A DNA stretch of 64,000 bases. It comes from the human T2T-CHM13v2.0 reference genome, Homo sapiens. Below, in pieces: positions 17,256 to 36,202 of the stretch. The notes under the pieces are model-generated. The model ran no database searches and was not told the origin of the DNA. It saw only the letters and a program-made list of their open reading frames with translations. The stretch lies in NCBI RefSeq assembly GCF_009914755.1, contig NC_060927.1. One strand, given 5' to 3'. How positions within the stretch are numbered: position 1 is the stretch's first letter; each line of letters opens with the position of its first letter. Both the position numbers and the translations under genes were made by a program.

Positions 17256-17799
17256 AGCTGTGGCAGGAAGGCCAGCAGCAGGTGATGGGCAAGGGGAACA
17301 GTGTCAGGAAGGTCCCACAAAAGGCAACATGAGGGTCCAGGCAGAAGTCCCAGTAGGGGTCACACAGTAAGTGGTGGAGCTGAGCTTTGAACACACATAG
17401 TGTGGGGTCAGTCTACAACCATAAACACTACACAATACTACCTCTTTCTAAGAAAGCTGAATGTTTGCCTTGATCGAGGATCTCTAGACCCAGCTCTGAC
17501 ACAATTCTGATATGTACCAGGACAAGGCAGAACTGCAGAAACTACAGACACAAGCTAATTACACTCAACTCAACCTCAACTAGAGTGTAGACATCAAGGA
17601 GATGGGAGGGGGAGGTGGAGCCGTGTTTCAGTAATTTAATTTGGTGCCATTTCCTAGCACAAGTTTAGGTTGTGTGCACCCTACAGATGCCAACATCTGC
17701 TCGCTCTACTGCAGCTGTTCCAAAAGGATGATCTGGGAACTTCTGGGGACCCTCAAGGCCACTGCAGGTGATCCACAAGGTGAAAATACTTTCACAGTT

Positions 17800-18283
17800 G
17801 TGGTAAGCTGAATAATGGCCCCCAAATACTGTTCTTTTTATGGAAAAAGACAAACTTTTGTGATTAACAAATGATGTAGCAGATGTGATCAATTTAAGGA
17901 TTTTAGGAATAGGAGATTATCCTGAATTATGATAAAATCACAAGGGTCCCTATGATCGAGAGAGACAGAGGGAGACAGAAGCACAGCTGAGGAGAAGGCA
18001 AGGTGATGACAGAAGCAGAGATTGGAATGATAAGCTTTGAAGATAAAGGAAGGAGCCACAAGCCAAAGAATACACACCGCCACTCAAAGCTGAGAAAGGC
18101 AAGGAAGTGCCTTCTCCCCCTCAGAGCCTCCACAAAGAACCAGCCCTGCTAACACCTTGATTTTAGCCCCATTAGACTCATTTAGAACTTCTGATCTTCA
18201 GAATTGCAAGAGAAAAAATTTGTATTGCTTTAAGCCCTAAATTGGTGGTAACTTGCTACAGCAGCAACAGGAAACTAATACAA
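17800..18283 (+). mobile_element. MLT1 (MLT1C/D-like) LTR
   Basis: TGTGGTAAGCTGAATAATGGCCCC start; TTTAAGCC...GCAGCAACAGGAAACTAATACA end. Confidence 0.8.
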
Positions 18284-18509
18284 TAATTAAGACATAATGT
18301 GCCTTGTTCATACTCATTCCCTCACACTCACACAGGGAGTTTTCCAGAAGCCATATGACATGTGATATTGCAACAGACTGAATACAGATGTAAGAAGCCA
18401 GCTGTCTTCTGTGGAGACAAGACATTAAGAAGGAGATTTACAAAAATGTACAAGTTTTTGTTTTGGAAAATATACTTTAAAAATACAACATGTAATAGAT
18501 TTACTGATA

Positions 18510-19124
<615 letters not shown>

Positions 19125-19491
19125 AATATTTTTAAATAAATACATATTTTATTTTTTTATCAGTTTTAAGTTCTACCATACTGTATTGACAGCTACAGCC
19201 TACATAAACAGAAGAAGCTCTTTAGGGTCCTCAGCAATGTTTAAGCATGTTGTGATACTACAATGTTTGAGAACAGGTCTGTAAGAAGCTGAAGGGGCAA
19301 GGAAAGAGAAAGTGAACCTTAGTGCCCGGCGGGGTGTGCGCTGTGGCCACGGAGTAAATGGCATAGATAATAAAGAAGATGAAATGAATGACAACGAAGA
19401 GGTTTGTTCGAAGACTTCAGCCATCCCATTAAATCTGACCCCTAGCCAGCCAGAACGGGAAGTTTTGTTATGTTTATCAACAGTCCTCTAT

Positions 19492-19509
19492 GTTTCACTT
19501 TCTATTTCC
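19492..19509 (-). promoter_or_regulatory. ISRE/IRF element (GGAAATAGAAAGTGAAAC)
   Basis: Three GAAA cores at 6-nt spacing, including canonical GAAAGTGAAAC; motif match only. Confidence 0.55.
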
Positions 19510-19683
19510 CTTCTTACACAATCCCTGTTCACTTCTAAGCTGACAATGCAGAGAAGATAAATAGGAAGTGAGCAATAAAGAAAACAGAAACAGGGTGGAA
19601 TGATAAGAAATGAAAAGAAATCATAAGGAACAGAGTCCCATGTACTGAAAAAGAAAAGATGAGGTGAAAATGCAAACACTTAC

Positions 19684-19815
19684 CCCCACTGGTATAACTG
19701 CAGGAGAATCTGGATGGCTTCATCGTACTTTCTGATGGCCAAAGAGAAGTTCCCATTCTTAAGAACCTGGTTGCCGGATTCTTTCAGCAGCTCAGCGTAA
19801 GCTGTCAGGTCCATC
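19684..19815 (-). CDS. TRANK1: TRANK1 cassette coding exon 2 (132 nt; MDLTAYAELLKESGNQVLKNGNFSLAIRKYDEAIQILLQLYQWG), TPR-like helix pair
   Basis: cccgtctcctcacag|G ATG GAC...TGG GG|gtaagt; phase 2-2 with no stops; 'LKESGNQVLKNGNFSLAIRKYDEAI' fits the TPR pattern. Confidence 0.88.
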
Positions 19816-21784
19816 CTGTGAGGAGACGGGGGAGACGCTTGCTGCCAGACCCGTGCAGGGCATGTTCACCTTCCGGTCTGCATTGCTGAAATCTGGAGAA
19901 GGAGTTCGCTCACTATGGCCCCACCCACCTTCAAAGGGCACATCTTGGCAACACCTCTCACCACCAGGAAACCAGGCAGAGTGTCTGACAAGACTATTTC
20001 TTTGTCAGTTCTTTTCTGTTCTCAAGGGTGGCCAGACCAATTCCATTTATTCAGCATTAATGATCTGGAGGAGGCTGCTTCCATGCATGAGACAACATAA
20101 ACCTGGCAGGTAGTGAGTGCTATCCCTGTAACTGGCATTATTATTAATCTCATTTACCCATCATCACAGCCCACAGGAAGGCATTGTCCCCACTGTTCAG
20201 ATGAGGAAACTGAGGCTCAGAGGTTCAAGTCACTTGCCTAAAAATCTGCTGATGGCATTTCCCATTTCTGACCCCAGATCTGACCAATTTCTAGTTTCTG
20301 CTCTTGACCACTGTACCACATCACGTATTGGTAAAAACTCAGCTGATAGTACTTCCACTCTCTTAGCAGATGGAACAGGGAGGGCAGGTGAAGGCCTCAG
20401 TATGCAAGTGGCTAGGACACAGAGACACAACCACTGTCTCTCCTGTCCCCCTCCTTTCTTAAAACACTATAAAATAAGCCTTGAAATATTTGTCCCTGAG
20501 ACAGCCATTGCCTGCCTACTTGTCTGTGTCCCCCAAGGGTATTTGCCTCTTTCAGGTCAAACCCCTATTTTGTTAAGTTTTGTAGCCGTATGGCCTTGAA
20601 CATAAGGGGTACTTAAATATCTGTGGTGTAACAATTGAATGCCAGACCCAGAGAAGACGCACATTACTGATTTTCTCCAGTGTGGCCTGGGTGGTTGGAG
20701 AGAACTGCCTGGCAGCCCTGACCACATGGGGGGCCTTGGTAAGTGTGCTGAACAAAGGCAGGAGAGGAGAGCACCCAGGAAGATCTTAAGAAGCAGCTGC
20801 CAAGGAGACAGGGAAAAGGTGGGGGTCAGAGAAGAGGTCCTTTAGTATTGCTTCCTCTCAAGATGGCAGAGGGAAAGGCAAATTGGTAGGGTAGGGTAGG
20901 TCTTAAATATGTGGACAGTTTCAGGTGTTCACAGATGACATGTACCTATGGGGTCATAAAATTTCTTAGGTGTCTTGATGACCAACACAATTCTTGGAGA
21001 GACAGTAATTATTAATTTTATCATTTTAAATCCAAGTAAGGGGTCAGAGGGGGAAACAGACCCAAGCACACATAAGTGGTGATTTATTTTAAACAATTTG
21101 ACTTCTTGGGAATGGGGTTTTTGAACTGTACTCCACTTCTTAAGCAGAGCTTTAACAGAATGAGACACATGACTCTTAAGTCAGAATACTGAACTCTACC
21201 TATGCTTTTCATGTAGTAATCTCTAAATTATATGACTACTATTTACACAGAGATGACTAAGAAGAACATGAAAAAATGTAAAGAGCTATGTACTAGGGAA
21301 TAAAGTATGCTTTTCTTTCAAATATTGTCGGCCATTTGTCCAATAAATATTCTTTAAGCTGGCCATGGTCAAACAACTGAAACAAGAAAATTGTTGCAAT
21401 AACTGACAAAGAGTTCATATCCCTCCGTTATAAATAGCTTTACACTGCAAGAAAAGACCAACATTCTCACCAAAATGTATAAGGGTCCTAAGAAACAATT
21501 CACAAAGAAACACCAAGTAATTGCTACTAAATATATGAAAAGTGGGTAAATAGGATCACCCTCACTAGTGCATAAGTAAATCAAAAATTGAACAACAAAA
21601 TATCATTGGAAAATAATTAAAAGAATGACACGAAATGTTGGGGACACTGCTTACAGAGGAAATAGAATACATCATAAATAGGTTTAGCCTCATGGATGTT
21701 CACCACCTCGAAAACTTGGAAATAACTCTAAATGTTCCATAATATATAATGGGTTTAAATCAGTTATAGAAGATCCGTATGTTA

Positions 21785-23562
<1,778 letters not shown>

Positions 23563-23810
23563 GTGCTATAAGGTCAGCGTGACTCTATCTCTATTTTGCA
23601 CATAAGGAAAGTGAAGCAAAGACAGGTTAAGCCACTTACCACTTGCCACAGTCACACTGAAATTGGTAATGTGAGAATTCCAACCTAGGTGGCCTCACTT
23701 TAAGAGCCAAACTACACTCTGAAGGGCCAAGACAGAGGCTAAAAGATCAGCACCCAGTAAAATCACTAGGGTATCTTATATTTTGGCTGGCACTGAGCAC
23801 TCTACCCTGC

Positions 23811-23823
23811 ACTTTCAGTTTCG
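23811..23823 (-). promoter_or_regulatory. ISRE (CGAAACTGAAAGT)
   Basis: + strand ACTTTCAGTTTCG matches the GAAANNGAAA consensus; motif match only. Confidence 0.45.
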
Positions 23824-24387
23824 TTAATGGTGTAAAAGCTACAAAATACTTAAGGACAATTGCACAGCTGCCTGGCTGGCTTTCAGAAATTTTCACTATG
23901 TCTCTATGAGAATTCAAACTCTAGTTGTTGGAAGCTGTCACAGGCTGCTGAGCTACATATGAGGAAGAAGATGCAAGAAAAATGCAAATGCACTGAGTAG
24001 ATTTTGAAACAAGCAAGTCTGAAACAGAGCAGATCCAGGTGGTTGTGGGTTTTATGACTCATTGTGTATACGTATACACATGAAGTTCTGTAACTGACAT
24101 ACAGGATTACAGCAAAGACTGGCAACACAGATGGCCTATGGAGGGGTTATTACTGAAATGGGCAGAGAGGATGGCTTTCCCTTCATACATTATCTGGGTA
24201 CTGCTTAAATTCTTGACAACAAATTTGTTTACTTTTTTATTTTATTTTTTTGGGGTTTTTTGTTTGCTTGCTTGCTTTTTTTGTTTAGGGTTGCCAAAAG
24301 AGCCCAAAAGCAGTCAATGATCCAAGATTAACTCGGGAATGCTGGCAGTAGCAGTAGATCCAAGTTGAAGCTAGAAAGAGTATGTCT

Positions 24388-24391
<4 letters not shown>

Positions 24392-24423
<32 letters not shown>
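24392..24423 (+). repeat. (TG)n microsatellite as Alu tail
   Basis: Direct read. Confidence 0.95.
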
Positions 24424-26611
<2,188 letters not shown>

Positions 26612-27394
26612 TACCTATTTTATTTCTTAAATTGACATATTGATAATGTACATATTCATAGTGATGTTTTGATGCATATAATGTATAAGTGATCAGATCA
26701 GGGTATGTAGCATATCCATCATCTCAAACATTTATTATTTCTTTGTGTTGGGAATGTTCAATATCCTCCTTCTAGCTATTTGAACTATATGTTATTGTTA
26801 ACTACAGTCATCCTACAGTGATAAAGAACTGTTTTTAATTTTCACACACCCAACACACATGTGCCTTCCCACTGGATCTGAACTTTCAGCACACCCTAAT
26901 CCTATTATTCATATAGCATCTACCCTATGCTGGGCACTGTGCTGGGGATCAGGAGTCTGATGGTGAAAGGATGGCCACTATCCCCACCTTCCAGAAGTTT
27001 ACTGTCTGTTAGGGAGATGAACATTAAGTACATCAATAATCACACAAATATTATAGTTAAAATATTTTTCTTCTTATGAAGAAAAAGTAGAGGGTATAAG
27101 AAAGGCTGTAACAGGAGATCACAGCTTAGATTGCAGGGATCAAGGCAAGTCTGTTGGAATTGACATTTAAGACAAGATCTAAATAGTGAGCGGTTAGCCC
27201 AGTGACGAGGACAGTAGGTGTCCAGGCCACAGAAACAGCACATGCAAAAGCTCTGAGCTTCACAGTTCAAGAACTGTCAGGTGAGTAGGATGCAAAAGTG
27301 AAGCTGAAAGAGTAGGTAATTGCTGCAGTAAGTAGATGATGGATCTTGAAGGCCATCAGAGGGTCTTGGAATTCATCTAAATGCAACTGGGAAA

Positions 27395-27602
27395 GCAGCA
27401 TTGTCTATGACAACTTTCTGTGATAATGCAAATGTTCAATTTTATACTATACAATACAGAAGGCACTAGCCACAACTGGCTACTGTACATTTGAAATATG
27501 ACTAGTACAAATGAAGAACTGAATTTCAAATCTAACTTAATTTTAATTAACTTTGCAATACATAGCCACATGTGGCTAGTGGCTACCGTATTGAACAGTA
27601 AA
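27395..27602 (+). mobile_element. MER3 (hAT-Charlie)
   Basis: TAGCCACATGTGGCTAGTGGCTACCGTATTG signature. Confidence 0.8.
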
Positions 27603-27644
27603 ACACTAGAGGGTTTTAGGTTGCAGATTAACAAGATCCAATTT

Positions 27645-28476
<832 letters not shown>

Positions 28477-29364
28477 AAATGCATGTAATATTGGATTTTC
28501 TTTTATACAAATACATACACTCACACCCACACACACACACAGCCTACCTCCCTGAGGATAACTATTGCAATACCACTGCATCTAATGGGGCAAAGTATAT
28601 GCTCTATAAAGCACATAAATTTGGGAAATACACAAAAGCCTCGAATAGATAAACTTAAAACTGTCAAAGATGAACCAAATAGAAATATATTCTATATTTT
28701 TTTCATGAAATGGGAAAAAAGAAATATATTCTATAGGACAATATACATTATGAGCTAAATATGGTGTCATCAACCCATTAAAGTGTTTCAGCAACAACAG
28801 CAGGGGAAGGAGGAGGCAGGAGACACAGAGAACCATTCGCCCCTCTAAAAGAGAGGTCATCCCCGTACCAGGACCAGGAAAGATCAAGAGGTGAACTTCT
28901 TTCTTTCTTTTTGTGTATTTATCTGTTTGTTTAAGGGAGGGCAGGAGATGTTGGAAGTTTGGTGGGAGCAGAGAAGAGAGAGGCGAGTTTAAGATTTTCT
29001 CCAAGTACCATTTCTTTCATTACCAAGTATTTAGTAAACTTGGGGCTACCTCTGTATGTATTAATCTGGAGTTGGTTTTCCCTATAGCATGCATTCTCAA
29101 TGGGGCAATATTGCCCCCAAAGGAAAGAAAATGGGATATTGGGGAGTAAAAATGTTTACTCTTTTCATGCACAAAGCACAGATATACATACAATACAAAA
29201 AAAAGGATATACAGTATTATCTGTGGTATTAAAATTTCATAGGGGGTGGGAAGCTAGATTAGCTAAAAGTCTGAAAAGGTTGGGAGGAGCTATAATGAAA
29301 AAATGCTTGAGTAACACTACCCTAGAGGAAATTGAGGGATGGAGGAAAGGGTGTTAAATGTAAA

Positions 29365-29790
29365 CAAAAGATCTACTGATGAATATATAAACAAAATTTG
29401 GCATATACATACAGTGGAGTACTATTTAGCCTTAGAAAGGAAGGAAATCCTGACACAAGATACAACATGGATGAACCTTCAGGGCATCATGCTAAGTGAA
29501 ATAAGCCAGTCACCAAAAAACAAGTATTTTACAATTCTACTTATATGAGCTACTTAAAATAGTCAATTTCATAGAAACAGAAAGTAGAACTGTGGTTACC
29601 AGGTACTATAAGGAAGGAGAAATGGGAAGTTGTTGTCAAATGAATATGGAGTTTCAGTTTTGCAAATAAAAAAGTTCCAGAAATCGTTTGTACAATATGA
29701 ATGTGCTTAACACTGCCGAACTATACATTTAAAAAGTGTTAAGATGGCAAACTATGTTTTGTGTTTTTTACCACAGTTAAAATTTGTTTT
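29365..29790 (+). mobile_element. Old L1 (L1MB/MC) 3' fragment
   Basis: ACAACATGGATGAACCTT...CTAAGTGAAATAAGCCAGTCAC L1 3' UTR signature. Confidence 0.8.
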
Positions 29791-29819
29791 AAGTAAAGAG
29801 AAAATAAAGCAAAAACCCA

Positions 29820-29828
29820 GAAAGAAAA

Positions 29829-29869
<41 letters not shown>

Positions 29870-29961
29870 AGGAAGGAAGGAAGGAAGGAAGGAAGGAAGG
29901 AAGGTAGGAAGGAAGGAAGGAAGGAAGGAAGGAAGGAAGGAAGGAAGGAAGGAAGGAAGGA

Positions 29962-29997
<36 letters not shown>

Positions 29998-30045
29998 GAA
30001 AGAAAGAGAGAGAGAGAAAGAGAGAAAGAAAGAAAAAGAAAGAAA
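29820..30045 (+). repeat. Compound (GAAA)n(GGAA)n(GAAA)n microsatellite
   Basis: (GGAA)8 GGTA (GGAA)14 at 29871-29962 flanked by GAAA runs. Confidence 0.98.
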
Positions 30046-30494
30046 CGCCAATGTAAACAAATATGTTCTGGACTTGTATTTCTACTCCAAGTCTGACAGA
30101 AACATTACTGATTTTCCTTACGCACACTATGTTACATCATGATACCCAAAAGATGGCAGGATATCAAAGTTTCCTCGGTTTTGTAGTAGTACTGATTTAC
30201 ATGCACATTCAGGAAAGTAAAAGCAGCCAAGATACTAATTACTTACAGAGCCATCCTAAGACCCTGGCCCCGCTGACAAGATGACAGTTAAAATATCCCC
30301 CAGCAGGCATCACAGGCAGGTGGGTTTGCAGTATTCAAAGTATAATTTATGTGCCCATAAAAAACTATATTATGCAATAAGGATATGTGGGGTTACAGTC
30401 AAATGGTCAAACAACATACAGCAACAATTACTGTGCAATATTAACAAAGACGTACAGTAGAGGTCTGTCATATCCCATTATCTTGATGGGCCCA

Positions 30495-31255
30495 ATTTTT
30501 TTTAACATTTTTATTGAGGCAAAACCTAGTATAATGCGTGTAACATGCACTACTCTTCGGTGTTCAGCTATGATTTTTATACCCATCTACCCATCTAACT
30601 CCCACCTGGGTGAATATATAGAACATTTCCAGGTCTCCAGAAGGTTCCCTCTTGTCCATTCCTAGTCTAAACCCACCTTCTTCACCACTATTCTGATCTG
30701 TAAACTATAAATGAGTTTCACCTGTTCTTGAACCCCATAATAACATAGTGGGTTCCCTCTTTCCTTAAAGATTATCCATGTGAGACTCAACTATATTGTT
30801 GTATATATCAGTAACTCCTTTCTCTTATTGCTGTGTAGTGTTTGATTTTATTAATATACCACAATTTACTTATCCATTCTGTTGATGGGCATTTGAATTG
30901 TTTCCAGTTTGAGACAACTGTGAATAAAGCTGTTATAAATGATCCTGTATATGTCTTTCAGTGAGTTATTTGTCTGCCTTTCTTCCCAGGAGTGGATCTG
31001 CTGAGTGACAGGGAAGATGTGCTATTTACTTTTAGTAGAGACTGCCAGTTTTCCAAGTGGTTGAACCAATTTATACTCCCAAAAGCAGTGTTTTGTGTAT
31101 ATAAACTGCCAACATTTGTCAATTCTGCGCACTATCAGTCTTTTTAATTTTAGCCACTGTGGTATCTTATTGTGGTTTTAATTAGCATTTTCCTGATGAC
31201 TAATAATGTTGTGTGCCTTTTATTGGCCATATGAGTGTCCTCTTTTGTGAAGCTC
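30495..31255 (-). mobile_element. Old L1 (L1M) 3' fragment
   Basis: TATCCATTCTGTTGATGGGCATTTG...TTCCAGTTT, CCAATTTATACTCCC, GTGGTATCTTATTGTGGTTTTAATT. Confidence 0.75.
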
Positions 31256-32243
31256 CAAATAGAACCAATCCTAGAAGAGTTGTTTGTTTTGTTTTTAATA
31301 ATTAACCACTAGATGACAATATGCCAGGCCCATTGTAGCTCACGTTCTTGCAATATTGCTAATAGCAGAGGAAAGAATGGACTCTGACCTGCACACTGGA
31401 CAGCCATCATTCTCCTATGCGGTACACAAACTATAATAAGTTCAGGAAATAAATTCTCTTAAAATGCTTTACCAATAAATGGCTAAGGATATTTCATTAG
31501 ATTATAGTGACAGCGTGGTGCCAGGAAATATTCTTCTAAAAAACTAAAAACAGGTTAAACTTTTATGTCAGATACTTGAAAGTTGACCCTTAGTAACAGT
31601 TAATGATATTTATAATTTAGGAAGTTCTGACACTCTACCCATTTGGCTACAGTGAACCATTCTTGGGACCTTTGAAGTGGCCACTCCTTCCTCACTGAGT
31701 CCCAGATTTGTTTCTGTTATGTGCCTCTCTTCCCCAAGCTCCTTAGACTTAAGGGAAGCTGACTCCACCCTTACTTCCTAAGGGTCTGATGAGCAAATTT
31801 ATCTCCCTGACAGAAACTGGTTCAGTATTGAGTGTAGGGCACAATTCTGGCCCCTGAAACTTAAAAAGATGTTTATTGGAGGATTCCAAGACAGTGTTTT
31901 ATCATCATTCTGGATAAGCTTCTAGAAGAGAATCTCTCTATTACACAGAGCACTGTCCAGTGTGGAAGTGAAGCTGTGAATCCTGACACTGAGATGTGTA
32001 AATGTGTGGCCCTACGTTTCAGCTGCATTTTGCTTCCGGCGTAAGGATGAAATCAACACTCACAGGATGAAACCAACAGTGACAGAAAAGGACAGGGCCC
32101 AAGAAAATAAAGGAAAATAGTGGGGAGCCATCAATTTGGGGAGAATCCTGAGGCCTGCCCTATCTCTGGACTTCTACTTATATGGTGCATCAGTTAGGAT
32201 GACTTTGGCAGCAAACGAGGAGTTGGGGGTTGTGTAATTTTCT

Positions 32244-32803
32244 TATTGGATACAATGAGTTCTAAATTTCTCTTCAAAGAATCAGTATGTCAGCATGTTC
32301 AGTTCTTTGTCCTCCATTTTAAAGTTTAACTTCCTCGTAGTTTCAGTAAACAACCTTTTCCACCAGTTTTAATCAGTAGTTCACATCTGTTCTCCTGGTC
32401 ACCTGCTCCATCCTGACTCATCCTGGTTACCTGCTTTGACCTGAGTCACCCCCGGTCCCCTGTTCTGACCTAAGTCACCTTCGGTTACTTGTTCCATAAC
32501 TGTCTTTCCTGCCAAACTGTTAACCCCACCACTCTGGCTCATACTCCTGCTCTCTTTAAAATAGCCAATTGGAATTAGCTTAGACTGTGCTGTCCAACCC
32601 TAGCCAATAGGGAAACAACACAGCAGTAGGGGCTACCTGCGACAGGAATAAGAATCCCTTCCCCTCCCCTGTCCAGGTGTGCTCTCACCATTACTCCATT
32701 CACGAGTCACATCCTCCTATAGAAGTAAAAATTGCCTTGCTGAGAAAATTAAATTTATGTTCCAGTGCTATTTCCTTGCGGCACCGAAAATTTATTTGTA
32801 ACA
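32244..32803 (+). mobile_element. Solo LTR10 (LTR10A-like, HERV-I/IP group)
   Basis: GAGTTCTAAATTTCTCTTCAAAGAATCAGTATGTCAG start, internal repeats with TGACTCA, ends TAACA; 4-bp TSD TTCT on both sides. Confidence 0.85.
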
Positions 32804-33216
32804 TTCTCACAGAATCAGAAGTAAGGGAGTAAGAGTACAGCTCTTTATCTCTCTGTAACACCATCCTAAGCACACTGGCTTTGTGCCCTCATGCTTGTCC
32901 CCTCAAGATTGAAGGTTGCTATAACTCCAGGCATCACATTAAAGACAGGAAGAAGGGGTCCCTGCAACCACTGGCTCCCTGGTACCACGTATCTCTTTCA
33001 TAAAACTTTCCCAAAGCCCCCAAGTAGACTTCTCTACATTTCACTAGTCAGAAATAGGAATCTAGAAAAACATAAGTATGTGGCTCTATAATGGTAGGTG
33101 GCCAGGGAAGAGAATGTAGGTAGGAGCTGCTGGGTTTGCAAAACAACAGGGTGAGCTAGTACATATCCTTATTGTTTAAGTTAGGCTTTCTGTTACTTGT
33201 AACTAAAAGCACAGCA

Positions 33217-34168
<952 letters not shown>

Positions 34169-34614
34169 TCAATTCCTCAGTCACTCTAGCCACATTTCAA
34201 GTACTCCATAGTCATACGTGGCTAGTAGCTATCTTATCTGTGGAGTCCTAATTAGGAACAGGAAGTCACGCTGGCAGGGCCGAGGGAAAGCAACAACAGA
34301 CATCAGATAAACTATAAGTCTGTCTTTCTTCATGGTCCAGGACACACAGTGCTCCTGTGCAAATAACTTACAATCTTCCATTGCCCAACTATCACCAGAC
34401 ACCTGCAAGTTAGCTCACTGCAACCTTAGTGTTTTATCAGCACTGCACGTAGCATTCTGCAGCCTAAGAACCATCCTATAAAATCCCCAGCAAGACTTTG
34501 TTTCCTGGCAGTCAGCTCCTCTTCTGCTGATTCTGACCGTTGCCCTCTTGTAACATATTTTCCTATTTTCTCTAATAAATCCACCCTTCTCCACCTACAA
34601 CTGTCTTGGTAAAT

Positions 34615-34918
<304 letters not shown>

Positions 34919-36080
34919 TAAATTCTTTTACCCCCATGCCACCAGGATAGTCACTGCTCACCCACAACATTTTGGTGGCCTGTAGGGGGAGCTCTCTCTG
35001 GACGGGAACTGTCCTCACAGGAAACTCTCTCCCCTCTCTCTTTCCCTTTCTCCAGTCAGCACCCTCCGAGAATAGCCTCTAAGCATGGAGGCAACTGCAG
35101 GTCTCCGGCAGGAGCTACACTCTGGTGGGACTGAAAGGTGACTGTGTGGAAGCATCTGACGGCCACTGCCCAGATTGGGTGAGGGACCTGGGTTCACTTA
35201 CTCTTTTCAGTCTTTCAGCAGCTGGCTTCTTAACCATCCTGGTGCTCTCCAGTGCTGCCTGAAGGCCAAAGGGTGAACAGGGCTGGCTGCCTTGCCTGAA
35301 GGGAAGAAGACTCTCTCTCCTATCTGGCAGCAGAAGCTCATCCAGAGTGAATTCACACACGTTTGGGGTAACTCAGGTGCTCTCTTTCTCACTCTACATT
35401 CTCCTGTGGGGTCAGCCAGCCATCCTGTCTTGGACATTGCTAAATCAGGTGACCTCGGACAGCCTCAAAATGGTGAGGGTTCCCTTACCCACTCCCTCTC
35501 CTGGGCGGGCACCAGGTGAGATCACCCTTTACCCTTTTTTCCTCGTACCTGGGCTGATCACCCAGAGTGAGTACCTGGACTGGCCGTCCAGCGTTAAGGC
35601 CCCTAGCAGCCAAGTGCTCTTTTCTAATAGGTGGAACACCCCTTTGGAAAGTGCACCCAAAGTCCCTCAGCAGACACAAGTGGAACCCTCTTTTCATCTT
35701 GGCAGGATGTCCCAAGAGAAAGTGCAATTAGTGCCCTGAAGTGGCACCGCTCCCAAGCAGCATGTTTTCCAGTCCCACCATGGGACAAACCCCATCTATC
35801 CTTCAAACTCACCTCTGGGCTACATTCTAAAGCATTAAAACAAATTTAATTCTCAGACTCTCAAAAAAGAGAAATGTGTAATTTTCTTGTGTAACACAGC
35901 ATAACCCTTATGCAAAAGAAATCATCAAATTAACCTCCTCAGTCTTTTATAACCAAGAGCAGAATAAGGAGAACAGGGCTAAAAAGAAAGACGCAGAGAC
36001 AAAAACCAGGCTCAACTGTTGGCTGCTTCACAAGACCCCAGCCCCCTCCTCGTTGCCCTAAGGACACTCCTCCAGATAAC

Positions 36081-36202
36081 TGCCACCGGTGCGAAAGGCC
36101 AGGCCACTAAAAGGCAAAGCACCTCAACTGAATAAATGAAAAAAAGTCCCACATGCTTGCCCCCTCTGCCACAAGCTTGGCCACTGGAAACAGGACTGCC
36201 CT
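36081..36202 (+). pseudogene. ERV gag nucleocapsid remnant, two zinc knuckles
   Basis: CHRCERPGH* (broken) at 36081 and intact CPLCHKLGHWKQDC (CX2CX4HX4C) at 36158. Confidence 0.8.

Noticed and set aside
28582-29004. 140-aa minus-strand ORF
   Set aside because: No recognisable homology and no convincing splice sites in phase with TRANK1
29650-29663. ISRE-like GAGTTTCAGTTTTG
   Set aside because: Imperfect, and a common feature of old L1 3' ends
29744-30142. Lys/Glu/Arg-rich ORF and antisense Phe/Leu/Ser ORFs
   Set aside because: Translation of the GAAA/GGAA microsatellite
32395-32500. Short spaced repeats resembling a CRISPR array
   Set aside because: Internal tandem repeats of LTR10; no unique spacers or cas genes; eukaryotic context
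34973-34990. tRNA-like sequence
   Set aside because: Only an 18-nt retroviral primer-binding site, not a tRNA gene
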